A stretch of DNA of 63,626 nucleotides, the filler included, from Pelomyxa schiedti (taxonomy: Eukaryota > Protista > Evosea): the NCBI GenBank assembly GCA_020536535.1. It is 8 parts of 8 records of this genome, joined end to end, with 100 filler letters (N's around TTAATTAATTAA, not from the genome) between each part and the next. Parts side by side here need not be neighbours in the genome. Positions count along the whole stretch, not along the records: positions 48,308 to 63,626 come from JAHLWZ010000097.1; 7 more parts are not named here. One strand, given 5' to 3'. The notes below the pieces were generated by a model that saw nothing but the letters and a program-made list of their open reading frames with translations, searched no databases and was not told the origin of the DNA. Below are positions 63,180 to 63,626 of this stretch, one piece after another (positions within the stretch are counted from its first letter, which is position 1; every line of letters starts with the position of its first letter). Made by a program: the position numbers and the translations under genes.

Positions 63180-63626
63180 ATGGCAACCGGTTCGACACCG
63201 ATTTTTCGCAGCGACAACAACAGCGCAGGCATGACGAGGGACCAAATGGCGGCACTGGCCCTCGGGTGCCACCCCAGGTGCGGCCGCGACGCCGCCCTGC
63301 TCGGGGTCATGGGCCGCCACCACGCCCACCACTTCGTGCGCGACCTGCTGTGGTCCGGCCTCGTCCGCCCCACCCTCGCCGTGCTCGTCCTCAGCGTGTC
63401 CGCGTCGCCGAGCCGCCGCGGCAGCCCCGCGACCGTGCTGCTCTCGGTGGTGCTGTCCCCGCTGCTCCTCAGCGTGGCCCGGGCACCGCGGCGCGTCCCC
63501 GGCCACTTGTGGGCGACGCACGGGGTGTGGGTCGACCAGTGGCACCGGGCTGAGTGCAGGTACCAGGACGGGTGCTGGGTTGTCCACGACCTGTTCAGCG
63601 GGGCAGCTGTGGCTGTCAAGCCGCCG
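63180..63626 (+). CDS. 5' part of a third RDQ..ALA...H.RCG family protein; runs off the window
   Basis: Open frame not in the ORF track: MATGSTPIFRSDNNSAGMTRDQMAALALGCHPRCGRDAALL...FVRDLLWSGLVRP...VVLSPLLLSV. Confidence 0.75.
   Translation, partial: MATGSTPIFRSDNNSAGMTRDQMAALALGCHPRCGRDAALLGVMGRHHAHHFVRDLLWSGLVRPTLAVLVLSVSASPSRRGSPATVLLSVVLSPLLLSVARAPRRVPGHLWATHGVWVDQWHRAECRYQDGCWVVHDLFSGAAVAVKPP

Noticed and set aside
63113-63619. Three overlapping ORFs listed at the window end, and similar ones at 24-416
   Set aside because: GC-rich shadow frames of the real open-ended family genes.
1-63626. tRNA, rRNA, CRISPR arrays, prokaryotic operon signals
   Set aside because: None recognised by eye; genes are intron-containing and eukaryotic. 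A covariance-model scan was not possible.

Overview
Eukaryotic genomic DNA: gene-dense, with many short (about 30-60 nt) GT-AG introns, so the ORF track mostly shows exon fragments. The window is a concatenation of contigs. Seven joins are artificial 100-nt N44-TTAATTAATTAA-N44 linkers and one (48956-49055) is a plain 100-N gap, so linkage across linkers is not evidence. Gene content points to an amoebozoan, most likely an archamoeba such as Pelomyxa (inference from a vinculin-family gene, a CudA-like domain and three copies of an R(D/S)Q..ALA...H.RCG family). Main discovery: one contig (35976-46589) carries four consecutive genes for a complete ubiquitin-like conjugation cycle. These are an E2, a membrane-anchored USP, a divergent Ubl ending in diglycine fused to an RBR E3, and a divergent UBA1-type E1, followed by PEX5. 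Other notable genes: an LRR-pseudokinase-ARM protein with about 7 paxillin-type LD motifs on the same contig as a vinculin; a WD40-like/caspase-like protease; a catalytically degenerate PLC fused to a PPM phosphatase; a GREB1-type circularly permuted SF2 helicase fused to C2H2 fingers and a SAM methyltransferase; ankyrin-PINK1-like kinases; a decayed DDE transposase; and several fold-back inverted repeats. Gene models were spliced by eye, so many boundaries are approximate.
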